Part shown: in pieces, positions 9,040 through 18,091 of the stretch
Layout: each line of letters starts with the position of its first letter
Position numbering within the stretch: position 1 is the first letter of the stretch
Virus record (IMG/VR): IMGVR_UViG_3300023296_001674
DNA from: a virus
Direction: 5' to 3' (one strand)
DNA: 64,000 nucleotides
Position numbers and translations under genes: made by a program
The notes under the pieces: model-generated
Told to the model about the DNA's origin: nothing
What the model saw: only the letters and a program-made list of their open reading frames with translations
The model's database searches: none

Positions 9040-9933
9040 ATGAAATGCGAAAATGGTTGCGGCAAAGAATCTATATATATAACCAAGCGTGGAAGGCATA
9101 TATGCGCCAAATCTGGAAATTCATGTCCCGCTGTTAAAGAGAGAAAAAAACTATCGTATTTGAAAAAATATGGAGTTGAAAATCCGCAACAATCAAAAGA
9201 AATAAAAGATAAAACAAAAAAAACAAATCTTGACCGATATGGTTCAGAATATATTGTTATTTCTAAAGATTTTAATAAAAAAAGCAAAAAAACATTAATG
9301 GAAAATTATGGTGTCGAATATAATATGCAATCGGATATAATACAAAATAACAGAAGAAAAAAATCATTAGATATATATGGCGTAGATCATCAAAGTAAAC
9401 GTGAAGACATTAAAGATAAAAAAAGGCAGACGTCATTAAAACGATATGGGGTAGAAAGTTATTTTCAAACCGATGAATTTAGAGAAAAATATATAAAAAC
9501 AATGTTGGATAGATATGGCGTCGAGAATCCCATGCATGATAAAAAAATAAGAGAAAAATGTATTAAAGCTGCCATATCTTCATATTATAAAAAGGGCATA
9601 GGTATATCGTCTAACGGTGAACAGCGATGGCTTGATAGCCATAATATAGATATAAAAAATAGACAAAAAGTTATTGAATGTAACAGTGGCAAAATTTATA
9701 GTGTTGATGCATTAGTTGATAATACGGTTTATGAATATTTGGGTGTTTTTTGGCACGGACATCCAAAATATTTTGATCATGAAAAAATTAATACAGTCGT
9801 TGATATATCATTTGGCGAGTTATATATAAAAACAACACAGCGCATTAATGATATTATTGACACTGGATATGAAATTATTGTAGTATGGGAAGATGGAACA
9901 AATTTTACAGGAAATGAAATACATGAGACGTGA
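9040..9933 (+). CDS. Homing-endonuclease-like protein (Zn-ribbon, tandem YGV repeats, restriction-endonuclease-like C-terminal domain)
   Basis: N-terminal CxxC...C..C. About 7 repeats of (K/R)YGVEN..Q......K...T. C-terminal NTVYEYLGVFWHGHP...GELY...GYEIIVVWE is homologous to the C-terminus of 14165..15295. Its 3' end overlaps the start of the topoisomerase gene. Confidence 0.6.
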   Translation: MKCENGCGKESIYITKRGRHICAKSGNSCPAVKERKKLSYLKKYGVENPQQSKEIKDKTKKTNLDRYGSEYIVISKDFNKKSKKTLMENYGVEYNMQSDIIQNNRRKKSLDIYGVDHQSKREDIKDKKRQTSLKRYGVESYFQTDEFREKYIKTMLDRYGVENPMHDKKIREKCIKAAISSYYKKGIGISSNGEQRWLDSHNIDIKNRQKVIECNSGKIYSVDALVDNTVYEYLGVFWHGHPKYFDHEKINTVVDISFGELYIKTTQRINDIIDTGYEIIVVWEDGTNFTGNEIHET

Positions 9934-11284
9934 TATGACATCAAGTGAATATATTTTAGATACATCAAAAGAATATTCTATATACACTTGCCACAAGCGC
10001 GGAATCCCAAGAGTCACCGATGGGCTAAAAAATGGTCAACGGCAAGCATTATGGCTTATTAGAAACAAAACAGAAAAAATAAAAGTTATTGCACTAGCGG
10101 GTGCAATGATTGAATCTGAATTATATCTTCACGGTGATAAATCTGCCGCTGATTCGATATCAAAACTTGCTGCACCTTTTTGTAATAACGTTCCTTATCT
10201 TGTTGGAAAAGGAAACTTTGGAACACGTGTATCACCCGTTGGTGGTATTGGTGCGCCAAGATATGTTTCAGTCAAAAAAGGCCAAGCAGTCGAACGGTTG
10301 ATATATCCTGATTTGGACATAGTTCCATTAATGGATAATCACGATGGTTCAACCAAAGAGCCTGAAACGTTCCTTCCTATCATTCCCACCGTTCTATTAA
10401 ATGGGGTAGCAGGAATTGCCGTAGGTTGGTCAACTGATATCCTGCCACATAAGTTAGAAGATTTAATAAAGGCTACCAAAGCAGCACTAGAAGGCAAGAA
10501 AGTGCCTAAATTGATACCATCATATGATTATTTTGATATCACAGTCAAAAAAGTTCCAGGTGTTGAAAATTCTTGGGAGTTTACTGGAAAAGTGGAAATC
10601 ATTAGCACAAGTGTCGCACGAGTTACCGAGTTACCGCCAGATTTGACATTAGAAAATTTTAGAGCACAGTTAGCACAAATGGAAGATAATGGCGCAATTA
10701 TGGATTATACTGACAAATCCACGAAAGCAATCAATATCGAAATTAAATTCAGACGTGGTTCACTTAAAGATATGTCACCTGAACAATTAATTGATACTCT
10801 TAAATTGAAATCTCGAAAAAAAGAACGCATCGTTGTTATTGATTGGGATGGACAAGCAATTCGCACATATGATAATCCCGAACAAGTTGTGGTTGATTTT
10901 GTTGCGTGGAGATTTACAAAATATATTGAACGTTATGAAAAATTGCGAGATGTAACTAATAGTGAAATAAAATTTTGGAAGGGTGTGCAAATGTGCTATC
11001 TTGATGATCTACCAGATAGATTAACAAAAATGGCAAACAAAGCGGAAATGGACAAAGAAATTCAAGATATAACAAAATCAGTCAAATTATCTGACGCACA
11101 GATTGATCGTATTTCGAATTTTGCATCATATAGATGGACTAAAGATGGATATAAACAATGTGTTGAAAAAATACATGAATTAGAACAACAATATAAAGAA
11201 TATATTAGATTGTTAAAAAATCCTGATGATATCAAAGATATTTTCATTGAAGAAATAGATGCATTAAAAAAGGTTAAGTTCTAA
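9923..11284 (+). CDS. DNA topoisomerase II medium subunit (T4 gp52-like, GyrA-type cleavage core)
   Basis: YSIYTCHKRGIPRVTDGLKNGQRQALW matches the GyrA/gp52 N-terminal motif (AIP...DG.KPVQR). ATG 9923 was chosen because AGGAAA lies 8 nt upstream and the N-terminal length matches T4 gp52 as recalled. In-frame alternatives: 9893, 9914, 9935. Confidence 0.85.
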   Translation: MRRDMTSSEYILDTSKEYSIYTCHKRGIPRVTDGLKNGQRQALWLIRNKTEKIKVIALAGAMIESELYLHGDKSAADSISKLAAPFCNNVPYLVGKGNFGTRVSPVGGIGAPRYVSVKKGQAVERLIYPDLDIVPLMDNHDGSTKEPETFLPIIPTVLLNGVAGIAVGWSTDILPHKLEDLIKATKAALEGKKVPKLIPSYDYFDITVKKVPGVENSWEFTGKVEIISTSVARVTELPPDLTLENFRAQLAQMEDNGAIMDYTDKSTKAINIEIKFRRGSLKDMSPEQLIDTLKLKSRKKERIVVIDWDGQAIRTYDNPEQVVVDFVAWRFTKYIERYEKLRDVTNSEIKFWKGVQMCYLDDLPDRLTKMANKAEMDKEIQDITKSVKLSDAQIDRISNFASYRWTKDGYKQCVEKIHELEQQYKEYIRLLKNPDDIKDIFIEEIDALKKVKF

Positions 11285-11526
11285 TGAGCGATCCACACAA
11301 ATATATAATAACATATGGGCCATGCACGGGCAATCCATCCAATCATTTAAATTTTCAAAAAAAACATGACGGAAATAAAGTGAAAGAAATAAATGACACA
11401 CATGGATTGAATGTCAAAGTTGAATATGATATGGAATTTCATGGTAATGATCTTCATACACTTACCGTTATATACAGTTCGGATGAAGAATCAGATTTGG
11501 TTGCATTTAAATTGTTAACAATATGA
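11284..11526 (+). CDS. AFKLRW-tail family small protein (divergent tail ...DLVAFKLLTI)
   Basis: C-terminal VAFKLL motif. TAATG overlap with the upstream stop and ATGA overlap with the next gene. Confidence 0.6.
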   Translation: MSDPHKYIITYGPCTGNPSNHLNFQKKHDGNKVKEINDTHGLNVKVEYDMEFHGNDLHTLTVIYSSDEESDLVAFKLLTI

Positions 11527-11786
11527 CATTTGAAATAATAGATGCAGATGGTACCAAACCGCAATATATCGACGGCAAAGAAATATATGGATGCACACAT
11601 TATGTTGATTTTGACGGATATGTAAAAGACAAATATGATTGGATGCTTGACAATGTTGCCTTATGGTATTATGATGTTCAGCACGAGCCAATGGATAGAA
11701 ACGGTGATTGTGGCGGTGGTGAATTATTGACAATATATTTTACTACGATTGAAGACGCGATGGCGTTTAAATTAGCATGGACTTAA
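11523..11786 (+). CDS. AFKLRW-tail family small protein (...EDAMAFKLAWT)
   Basis: DWMLDN plus C-terminal DAMAFKLAW. Confidence 0.65.
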   Translation: MTFEIIDADGTKPQYIDGKEIYGCTHYVDFDGYVKDKYDWMLDNVALWYYDVQHEPMDRNGDCGGGELLTIYFTTIEDAMAFKLAWT

Positions 11787-11790
11787 CGAA

Positions 11791-12039
11791 ATGGTGTTAA
11801 AGAATATGAAAAAACAATATGAATATATGTTTTATGGCGACAATTATGATTTCGAAGATGTTCGCGAAATAGAAGAATGGTGTGTGGAAAATATTGTTGA
11901 CATTAATGATTGGTGGTTTGATGAAAAAATAACAAGACATTCTGAAGGTATTAATTATATTGGCACTCAATATGAATATGTATTTGGCTTCAAACACGAT
12001 ACAGATGCAATGGCATTTAAAATATTATGGGTTTTTTAG
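11791..12039 (+). CDS. AFKLRW-tail family small protein (...DAMAFKILWVF)
   Basis: EEWCVEN plus C-terminal DAMAFKILW. Confidence 0.65.
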   Translation: MVLKNMKKQYEYMFYGDNYDFEDVREIEEWCVENIVDINDWWFDEKITRHSEGINYIGTQYEYVFGFKHDTDAMAFKILWVF

Positions 12040-12052
12040 AGAGGAATATATC

Positions 12053-12256
12053 ATGACAACTGCTACGAAAGAAGAACAAATAATGTCTGCTTTTTATCTT
12101 GTTGGTAATAACGATACCGAACATGATATTAGAGCATGGTGGAAACAATATGGTGATTTATACGACGAAGTATTTGCCGATGAAAATAACAGAAAACGAT
12201 CCCAAGAAATAGCCGATGAGTTATGGATTGAAAAATGTCCACTTGACAAATCATAA
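12053..12256 (+). CDS. Hypothetical protein
   Basis: ATG 12053 follows a GAGAGGAA RBS. The listed 11960 start overlaps the preceding gene. Confidence 0.5.
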   Translation: MTTATKEEQIMSAFYLVGNNDTEHDIRAWWKQYGDLYDEVFADENNRKRSQEIADELWIEKCPLDKS

Positions 12257-12271
12257 ATAATGTAGTATAAT
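12243..12271 (+). promoter_or_regulatory. sigma70-type promoter candidate (full consensus)
   Basis: TTGACA (12243-12248), 17 nt, TATAAT (12266-12271). ATGTAGTAT box at 12260-12268. 31 nt before the ATG at 12302. Confidence 0.6.
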
Positions 12272-12301
12272 CAATACATTAACATAATAAAGGACGGCTT
12301 A

Positions 12302-14182
12302 ATGGTCAATAAAGATGAAGAAATTGATGCACTCAATCCATATCAACACTCGCGGTTGCGTACAGAAGTGTATAGTGGTTCAAGACAACCACACACCCAA
12401 GAAGTTATCATATACAATGAAAAACATGAACCAATAATCGAAGAAGTTACGTGGATTCCTGCATTATTAACATATTATAGAGAAATAGTCGATAACGCTT
12501 GTGATGAAGTTATCGGTCTTGGCAATGGCAATCGCGTCGACATAAACTTTGATAAAGACACCTTCGTGTTTAGTTGCACGGATAATGGTAGAGGTATTCC
12601 TATAAAGCCGGTTTCGAAAACTGATGATACACCGATGGCAACCGCCGTATTGACTAGAACTATGATGGGAAGAAATTTTAGAGAGCGCAAACAAGTTGGT
12701 GGACAGAATGGTATGGGTGTAGCCATTTCTGTATATTGCAGCAAGTGGTCTAAGGTAGAAATTCGCCGTGATAAAAAATTGTTTACACAAAGTTTCGCGG
12801 AACACGATATTGAATTAATGATCGAGTTTCCTAAAACAAAAAAAGATAAAAATGTTACCACTGGAACAAAAATAACTGTATCACCAAGTGAAAAGGTGTT
12901 TCATGGTGGATTGATTATGCCTGAACAATTTTTATATTCACGTATATTTGATGTAGCATTGGCTAATCCTACTGTGCAAATATTTTATAACGGTAAGCGC
13001 ATTCGTGTTAGACCGGCAAGTGAAAAAACATTATTTCCTAACGATGATACCGTGTATATCGACATTCGTGAAAATGCATTTCGATCACGATTTATATTGA
13101 AACCAGATTTTCGTGTTGGTGATGTAATGATGCATTCGATTGTAAATAACATACCTGTTTTTGATGGTGGTTCACATATCGATGCTTTCACCACCGCGTT
13201 CTATTCTGGCTTACTTAATGCTATGGCATCGCAAGCAAAGAAACGCAAATTGACGTTGCATAGAAACGACGTCAACAGCGGATTATTAATATACAATATC
13301 ACAACTATGGATGCTCCTGATTTTAACTCACAAGCCAAAACAAAATTGATCAATGAAGATGTTGGTAAGATAATCAAAAATTATTTTACTGATGAAAAAG
13401 TATTCAAAGATATTATTAAAAAGAATCCAACATGGGCCGAATCGATATTAGAACGTTGTGAAGCAAGAACGCAGAAAAAAGAAGAAAAGGATGTTGCAAA
13501 ATTATCCAAGAAAAATCTACGAGGGCGCGTTCCTGAATTGCTAGATGCTGCTGGTAAAGATAGAAGCAAGTGCATACTATTGCTTGGTGAGGGCGATTCT
13601 GCTGTATCAGGCATACCACCAGTGCGCGATCCTGACATTCATGGCGTATTGGGCATTCAAGGTAAGATCATGAACGTTAACGGCGAACGTCCAAAGAAAG
13701 TATTAGATAGTGCAACGCTGTCATCATTGATGACAACCATTGGCTTAGTTATGGGGCAAGTAACTGTTCGCAAAGAAATGAACTACGGTAAAGTTTACTT
13801 TGCTACTGATGCTGACCCTGATGGATTAAATATTGCTGCATTGTTAGCCAATTTCTTTTATACTTATTGGCCTGAATTATTTGACCCTGATAAAGAACCT
13901 GTGTTCTACATCTTCAATACGCCGTTTATTATTGCCCGTAAAGGAAAACAAAATAAATATTGGTATTCACACGACTTTAATGATTTCATACCAACTGAAT
14001 TTAAAGGATGGGAAATAACAAGAGCAAAAGGTTTAGCGGCATTGGAAGAACCTGATTGGATTTATTCATTGGCTAAACCCGATTTATACCCGCTAACTGA
14101 TGATGGCAGAATGGTAGAAGCATTAGATTTGATATTTAATTCGGATTTAGCGGACGCACGCAAATTATGGATCGGACTTTAA
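12302..14182 (+). CDS. DNA topoisomerase II large subunit (T4 gp39+gp60 equivalent, GyrB-type ATPase + TOPRIM)
   Basis: GHKL ATPase motifs EIVDNACDE, DNGRGIP, GQNGMGV. TOPRIM LLLGEGDSA and ATDADPDGLNIAALL. Single uninterrupted ORF. Confidence 0.9.
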   Translation: MVNKDEEIDALNPYQHSRLRTEVYSGSRQPHTQEVIIYNEKHEPIIEEVTWIPALLTYYREIVDNACDEVIGLGNGNRVDINFDKDTFVFSCTDNGRGIPIKPVSKTDDTPMATAVLTRTMMGRNFRERKQVGGQNGMGVAISVYCSKWSKVEIRRDKKLFTQSFAEHDIELMIEFPKTKKDKNVTTGTKITVSPSEKVFHGGLIMPEQFLYSRIFDVALANPTVQIFYNGKRIRVRPASEKTLFPNDDTVYIDIRENAFRSRFILKPDFRVGDVMMHSIVNNIPVFDGGSHIDAFTTAFYSGLLNAMASQAKKRKLTLHRNDVNSGLLIYNITTMDAPDFNSQAKTKLINEDVGKIIKNYFTDEKVFKDIIKKNPTWAESILERCEARTQKKEEKDVAKLSKKNLRGRVPELLDAAGKDRSKCILLLGEGDSAVSGIPPVRDPDIHGVLGIQGKIMNVNGERPKKVLDSATLSSLMTTIGLVMGQVTVRKEMNYGKVYFATDADPDGLNIAALLANFFYTYWPELFDPDKEPVFYIFNTPFIIARKGKQNKYWYSHDFNDFIPTEFKGWEITRAKGLAALEEPDWIYSLAKPDLYPLTDDGRMVEALDLIFNSDLADARKLWIGL

Positions 14183-15295
14183 TTTTATTTTCTTCCAGTC
14201 TCTTTCCCACATTGTAATGACATTATATCCTGCATTTATTAACATTAATTCTTTTTTAATAGTATTATCATATAATTCACCCATTGTGCATTTTGTTCGT
14301 TTATTATAAACCGATCTATCAAATATTTCTGGATTGCCGTGCCAATAATCGCCATTGAATTCATAAACAGTGTTGGTTATTGGGTTATAACCATCTACAA
14401 ATTTATCATTGATTTTTTGTTCTAATATTATATTTTTATCATTTAAACTATTGAACCATTCGGTTGCTGGTTTTGATATACGATACCTACATGATGGACA
14501 TCCGGTACCCATTTTGTGTGAATTTGCCTCTTGATAAAATTCGCCATGTTTTGGACATATTATAATTATTTTTTCAACGCATCCATTATATTCGGTTTTT
14601 GAATAATTGTATTTGTAATTATGTATAATTTCTACCTGTTTAATGTATTCTTCGGTTGATATTAATTTGTCTTTATAAAAGCATTTGATGCATCCACCGC
14701 CATTATAATGCGTATCGATTCGTTTTTTAAAAATTCCATGTGTTTTACATATTATTTTTATTTCTTGTTTATAGTTAGTATATTGATTGATTAACGAATA
14801 GTCATATTTATTATCGTGTACAATATTAAATAAATTTATCATATCGATGTGTGTTTCAAATTGTTTTAATTTATTTCGTCTTATTATTTCACTACATTGT
14901 TGACAGCCTTGACCTTCTAAATGCCTTGACGCTTGTGTGATGAATTTTCCATGCTTTTTGCATATAATTGTAATTTTATCATGTGAGTGTGTGTAGACAG
15001 TATCCGTGTAATCATATTCATTATCAAATATTTTTTTTGATTTTTTAATAAATTCTTGAATATTGCTTTTGTTTTTGATTTTATTTTTAATTCCTGCGCT
15101 TATTCTACCGCATTTATAACAGCCGACCCCTTTTTTATGTTGCCATGCCATTAATTCAAAAATGCCATGTTCTTGACATATAATTTTAATTTTTGTATCT
15201 GCATTTTTATAATCAACTAATGAATAATCAAATCGATTATTCCATTTTTTAACAAATCGATCAATAACAATAGCAGTGGTTAATTTGCTTGACAT
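14165..15295 (-). CDS. Homing-endonuclease-like protein (repeated Zn-ribbon modules, restriction-endonuclease-like C-terminal domain)
   Basis: Five repeats of (Y/F)DYS...Y.....KI.IIC..HG.F......H..G.GC..C. C-terminal NTVYEFNGDYWHGNP...MGELY...GYNVITMWE is homologous to 9040..9933. Its 3' end overlaps the topoisomerase gene by 18 nt. Confidence 0.6.
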   Translation of the reverse strand: MSSKLTTAIVIDRFVKKWNNRFDYSLVDYKNADTKIKIICQEHGIFELMAWQHKKGVGCYKCGRISAGIKNKIKNKSNIQEFIKKSKKIFDNEYDYTDTVYTHSHDKITIICKKHGKFITQASRHLEGQGCQQCSEIIRRNKLKQFETHIDMINLFNIVHDNKYDYSLINQYTNYKQEIKIICKTHGIFKKRIDTHYNGGGCIKCFYKDKLISTEEYIKQVEIIHNYKYNYSKTEYNGCVEKIIIICPKHGEFYQEANSHKMGTGCPSCRYRISKPATEWFNSLNDKNIILEQKINDKFVDGYNPITNTVYEFNGDYWHGNPEIFDRSVYNKRTKCTMGELYDNTIKKELMLINAGYNVITMWERDWKKIKLKSDP

Positions 15296-15317
15296 GGTTT
15301 ATATACCTTGATATAAT
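15289..15317 (+). promoter_or_regulatory. sigma70-type promoter candidate (full consensus)
   Basis: TTGACA (15289-15294, overlapping the start codon of the minus-strand gene), 17 nt, TATAAT (15312-15317). Confidence 0.6.
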
Positions 15318-15392
15318 GTATTACTATACTTATTTAGTCTTTTTTATAGATAATGTATAAATAAAAGAAATAACTTGATAGGAATGATAAAT

Positions 15393-15791
15393 ATGACATC
15401 TAAAATATTGCGTTTTCAAAAAACATTAACCCCAAAATACGTTAGAGTAATGGCGGATTTTGGTGCCGATGGATTGTGGGACAGCCAAGGTCGCATGAGT
15501 GATTGTGATATCGACCTACCCGATGATATTGGATTTCGTTTAGACGAATGGCAGACATGGTTTAGTAGCAAATATGATTGCGAGTTAGACGATAGGTACT
15601 TAACAGAAGTATTTAAAGTTAGAGATTTTGCCGATGAAGGGTTAGAAATCGCACGCGATCTTAAAATTTATTTGGGTGATGCATGGACTGTAGTTTATTT
15701 TGATGCATTTCGATCTATGGTTCATAGCCGTGACAAACTAACTGTAAATAGAACATTTTTTGAGTATGAAATAATATGCGATACAGAGTAA
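15393..15791 (+). CDS. Hypothetical protein
   Basis: ATG 15393 lies 9 nt after AGGA. In-frame alternatives: TTG 15375 and ATG 15384. Confidence 0.5.
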   Translation: MTSKILRFQKTLTPKYVRVMADFGADGLWDSQGRMSDCDIDLPDDIGFRLDEWQTWFSSKYDCELDDRYLTEVFKVRDFADEGLEIARDLKIYLGDAWTVVYFDAFRSMVHSRDKLTVNRTFFEYEIICDTE

Positions 15792-15994
15792 CAACATTAT
15801 TGCGCGAAGGAATCAGAGATAATGCCGGTGTGGCATCAACACTTGCTTTACATCGATTAGGGTTTCCTGACGTCACCAGTGTCCTCATTGGTAATACTTA
15901 TGAATTTGATTACGAAGGAGACGTTGACGAAATCGTAAAAGAGTTGTATAATCCAGTAATGGAAGATTATACAGTGGAGGTTATTGAAGAATGA
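15776..15994 (+). CDS. purS: PurS-like protein (FGAM synthase small subunit family)
   Basis: RVTTLLREGIRDNAGVASTLALHRLGFPDVTSVLIGNTYEF....DVDEIVKELYNPVMEDYTVEVIE parallels the PurS pattern V.V.LK.GVLDPQG.AV..AL..LG...V..VR.GK..E...........V..MC..LL.N.VIE.Y..E. Confidence 0.6.
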   Translation: MRYRVTTLLREGIRDNAGVASTLALHRLGFPDVTSVLIGNTYEFDYEGDVDEIVKELYNPVMEDYTVEVIEE

Positions 15995-16338
15995 AAGTAT
16001 ATTTAGATGATTATCGTAAAATACCAGATGACACTTGGACTTTGGCTACGTCATATCAAAACTTTAGACATGTTATTGAAGATGGCGATGAAGAGATAAC
16101 TGAAATATCATTCGACCACGATTTGGGGGTAGATAGTAGCAACCATGTAGCCTTAACAGGCATGGATGCAGTTAAATGGCTAATCAGCCATATAGAATGC
16201 TTTGCACCAGAATTAAATAGATCATTAAAAGCCATATATGTTCATAGTGCAAATCCAGTTGGTGCAGAAAATATACGTTCATACTGCAAAAGCGCACAAA
16301 AGCACGGAATTTTAAATATGGACGTGGTCGTTAAATAG
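15991..16338 (+). CDS. Conserved phage protein, receiver-like (cyclic-phosphate-processing receiver-type) fold suspected
   Basis: MKVYLDD.R..P..W......F.......ITEISFDHDLG......TGMDAVKWL pattern, recalled from a widespread phage family. Not verified. Confidence 0.4.
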   Translation: MKVYLDDYRKIPDDTWTLATSYQNFRHVIEDGDEEITEISFDHDLGVDSSNHVALTGMDAVKWLISHIECFAPELNRSLKAIYVHSANPVGAENIRSYCKSAQKHGILNMDVVVK

Positions 16339-16382
16339 TATTATAATAAATATATTATACACGATTTAACGAGGATAAGCAA

Positions 16383-16691
16383 ATGAAGCACTTATTACTA
16401 TCATTATCTATACTTATGGGTTTAACGTATACAACAACATCAGCACACGCACAAGCGGTATGTGGACCACGCGATAGCATGGTAAAACAGCTAGGTAAGG
16501 GTTATACAGAAACACAAAAAATGATAGGTTTAGCGGCAAATGGCAGTTTGATGGAAATATTTACATCAGACATTTCTGGATCGTGGACTATTATGTTAAC
16601 TGCGCCAAATGATACCACGTGTTTAATGGCGGCAGGAAAATTTTTTGGTATGGTTAAGGAAACAAAAAAGCCAAATAGTAAAGAAAATTAA
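16383..16691 (+). CDS. Secreted small protein (signal peptide)
   Basis: MKHLLLSLSILMGLTYTTTSAHA/QA gives a signal peptide with an AHA cleavage motif. Two Cys. GAGGA RBS. Confidence 0.6.
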   Translation: MKHLLLSLSILMGLTYTTTSAHAQAVCGPRDSMVKQLGKGYTETQKMIGLAANGSLMEIFTSDISGSWTIMLTAPNDTTCLMAAGKFFGMVKETKKPNSKEN

Positions 16692-16707
16692 CAATTAAAG
16701 GTGATTG

Positions 16708-17169
16708 ATGAAAATTAGATATAAAATAGGAGATTTGTTGGATTGTCCTGAACAAACAATATTGCAGGGAGTTAATATGCAGATCAAAATGCGATCTGGG
16801 ATAGCCAAAGCAATTCGTGAAAAATACCCAGAAGTTTACGAAGAATATAAAAAAGTCGCAGAAACAAAGGGTTTACACCTTGGTGATGTTATATGGGTGG
16901 CAACAGATGATAAATTGATAGCCAATGGTGTCACACAAGAATTTTATGGCAGAGATAATAAGTGCTATATTGATTACGAGGCGATACGAACGGTAATGAA
17001 AACTATTAATTCTTGTGCTATATTGAGTAATATTACGCATGTATCCATGCCATTAATAGGTGCAGGATTGGGCGGCGGCGATTTTAGTATAATTTCAAAA
17101 ATTATTGAAGAAGAGTCCAAGAATTTTCAACCGGTTGTGTATGTATTAACAGAATCTGATCTTCCGTGA
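16708..17169 (+). CDS. Macro-domain protein (ADP-ribose binding / hydrolase family)
   Basis: GVNMQIKMRSGIAKAIREKYPEVYEEY and HVSMPLIGAGLGGGDF match macro-domain signature segments. ATG 16708 preferred over TTG 16705. Confidence 0.7.
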   Translation: MKIRYKIGDLLDCPEQTILQGVNMQIKMRSGIAKAIREKYPEVYEEYKKVAETKGLHLGDVIWVATDDKLIANGVTQEFYGRDNKCYIDYEAIRTVMKTINSCAILSNITHVSMPLIGAGLGGGDFSIISKIIEEESKNFQPVVYVLTESDLP

Positions 17170-18037
17170 GTTTTTTACATTGCCAATTTTTTAATAGTCC
17201 GCGATTGGGTTTATAGTTTTCGTTTTTCCACATTTTGGTTAAAGTCCATATTGGCAAGTTCAAATCTTCCGAAAACGTGATTAAAGTTCCGTATGCTAAA
17301 TATATATTGTTATCGGGTGCAACAATCCTCCAAATATGTTTTTTTGCATTATTATATTTTAATGTATCTGTTCTTTTTTTAATAGACTGTGGTGATAATG
17401 GGTTAGTTTTTATACCTTTATTCCATGGAATATTACCTTTTAGTGTGTTGCTTATTTTCTGTCTCACATCTAATCGTTTTGATGAACTAAGAGCGCCCGT
17501 TCTGCCAGTTGGTCTACCGGTCAAAGTTTTGCTTATTTTTTGTTTTATATTATCTGCATTAGAACCAAATCGTTCCATAAATGATTTTCCTTTATGGCGT
17601 AAACTCATTTCATATTTTATTTGCGTCGCTTTTTCTTTTCCGTATCTTTGTTCTAATGTTATACCTTTTAATTTTTCTCTAAGTAAATTTTTTGTATATT
17701 CTGAAGTTTTGCTACCTTTTCTGTTTGGTGGTCTAAGACCAAGGCATATATTGGTTAATATTCCGTTTTTTTCAAAATCTATTCTGCCATATTGACGAAT
17801 TAATTTATCTTCTAAATCATATGCATCATTTTCAGATAAATGTTTTGATACAATATGTATAATAGGATGTTGACCATTTTTCAATATATTTTGTATTTTT
17901 TTAAACTTTCTTTTATTATCAGCATTGGCTTCAGTTTCCGTCAAATGTATGAGATAGCGATTTTTGCATCCTTTGCCGATATAAAACGGCTCATTGGTAT
18001 ATGGATCATAATAAATATAGACATAATAAGTATTCAT
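17102..18037 (-). CDS. GIY-YIG homing endonuclease (Seg-like) with NUMOD3-type repeats
   Basis: Starts MNTYYVYIYYDPYTNEPFYIGKGCKNRYLIH (GIY-YIG), with an AGGAG RBS 8 nt upstream on the minus strand. The listed start (18193) adds an implausible 52 aa. Repeated K.K.S..L.G. modules. Its 3' end overlaps the macro gene by 68 nt. Confidence 0.85.
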   Translation of the reverse strand: MNTYYVYIYYDPYTNEPFYIGKGCKNRYLIHLTETEANADNKRKFKKIQNILKNGQHPIIHIVSKHLSENDAYDLEDKLIRQYGRIDFEKNGILTNICLGLRPPNRKGSKTSEYTKNLLREKLKGITLEQRYGKEKATQIKYEMSLRHKGKSFMERFGSNADNIKQKISKTLTGRPTGRTGALSSSKRLDVRQKISNTLKGNIPWNKGIKTNPLSPQSIKKRTDTLKYNNAKKHIWRIVAPDNNIYLAYGTLITFSEDLNLPIWTLTKMWKNENYKPNRGLLKNWQCKKLTEDQILLIHTQPVENSWTLLQ

Positions 18038-18091
18038 GCTGTAAACTCCTGTATAGTTTATAGTGTAATTGGGTGTTCCATCACCGCGAAT

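Noticed and set aside
9893-9922. Longer N-terminal extension of the topoisomerase medium subunit, using the listed start at 9893.
   Set aside because: It would overlap the endonuclease gene by 41 nt and adds residues with no counterpart in gp52/GyrA N-termini. ATG 9923 has a properly spaced AGGAAA.
12302-14182. T4 gene-60-style split or translational bypass in the topoisomerase large subunit.
   Set aside because: The GHKL ATPase and TOPRIM regions lie in one uninterrupted 626-codon ORF. There is no take-off or landing codon pair and no internal stop.
17235-17795. 186-aa + strand ORF inside the GIY-YIG endonuclease gene. Similar antisense ORFs occur at 623..976, 2462..2914, 12475..12861 and 40877..41353.
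   Set aside because: These ORFs are antisense to, or nested in, genes with clear homology. They give hydrophobic or low-complexity translations and have no RBS. They are best treated as shadow ORFs of AT-rich DNA.
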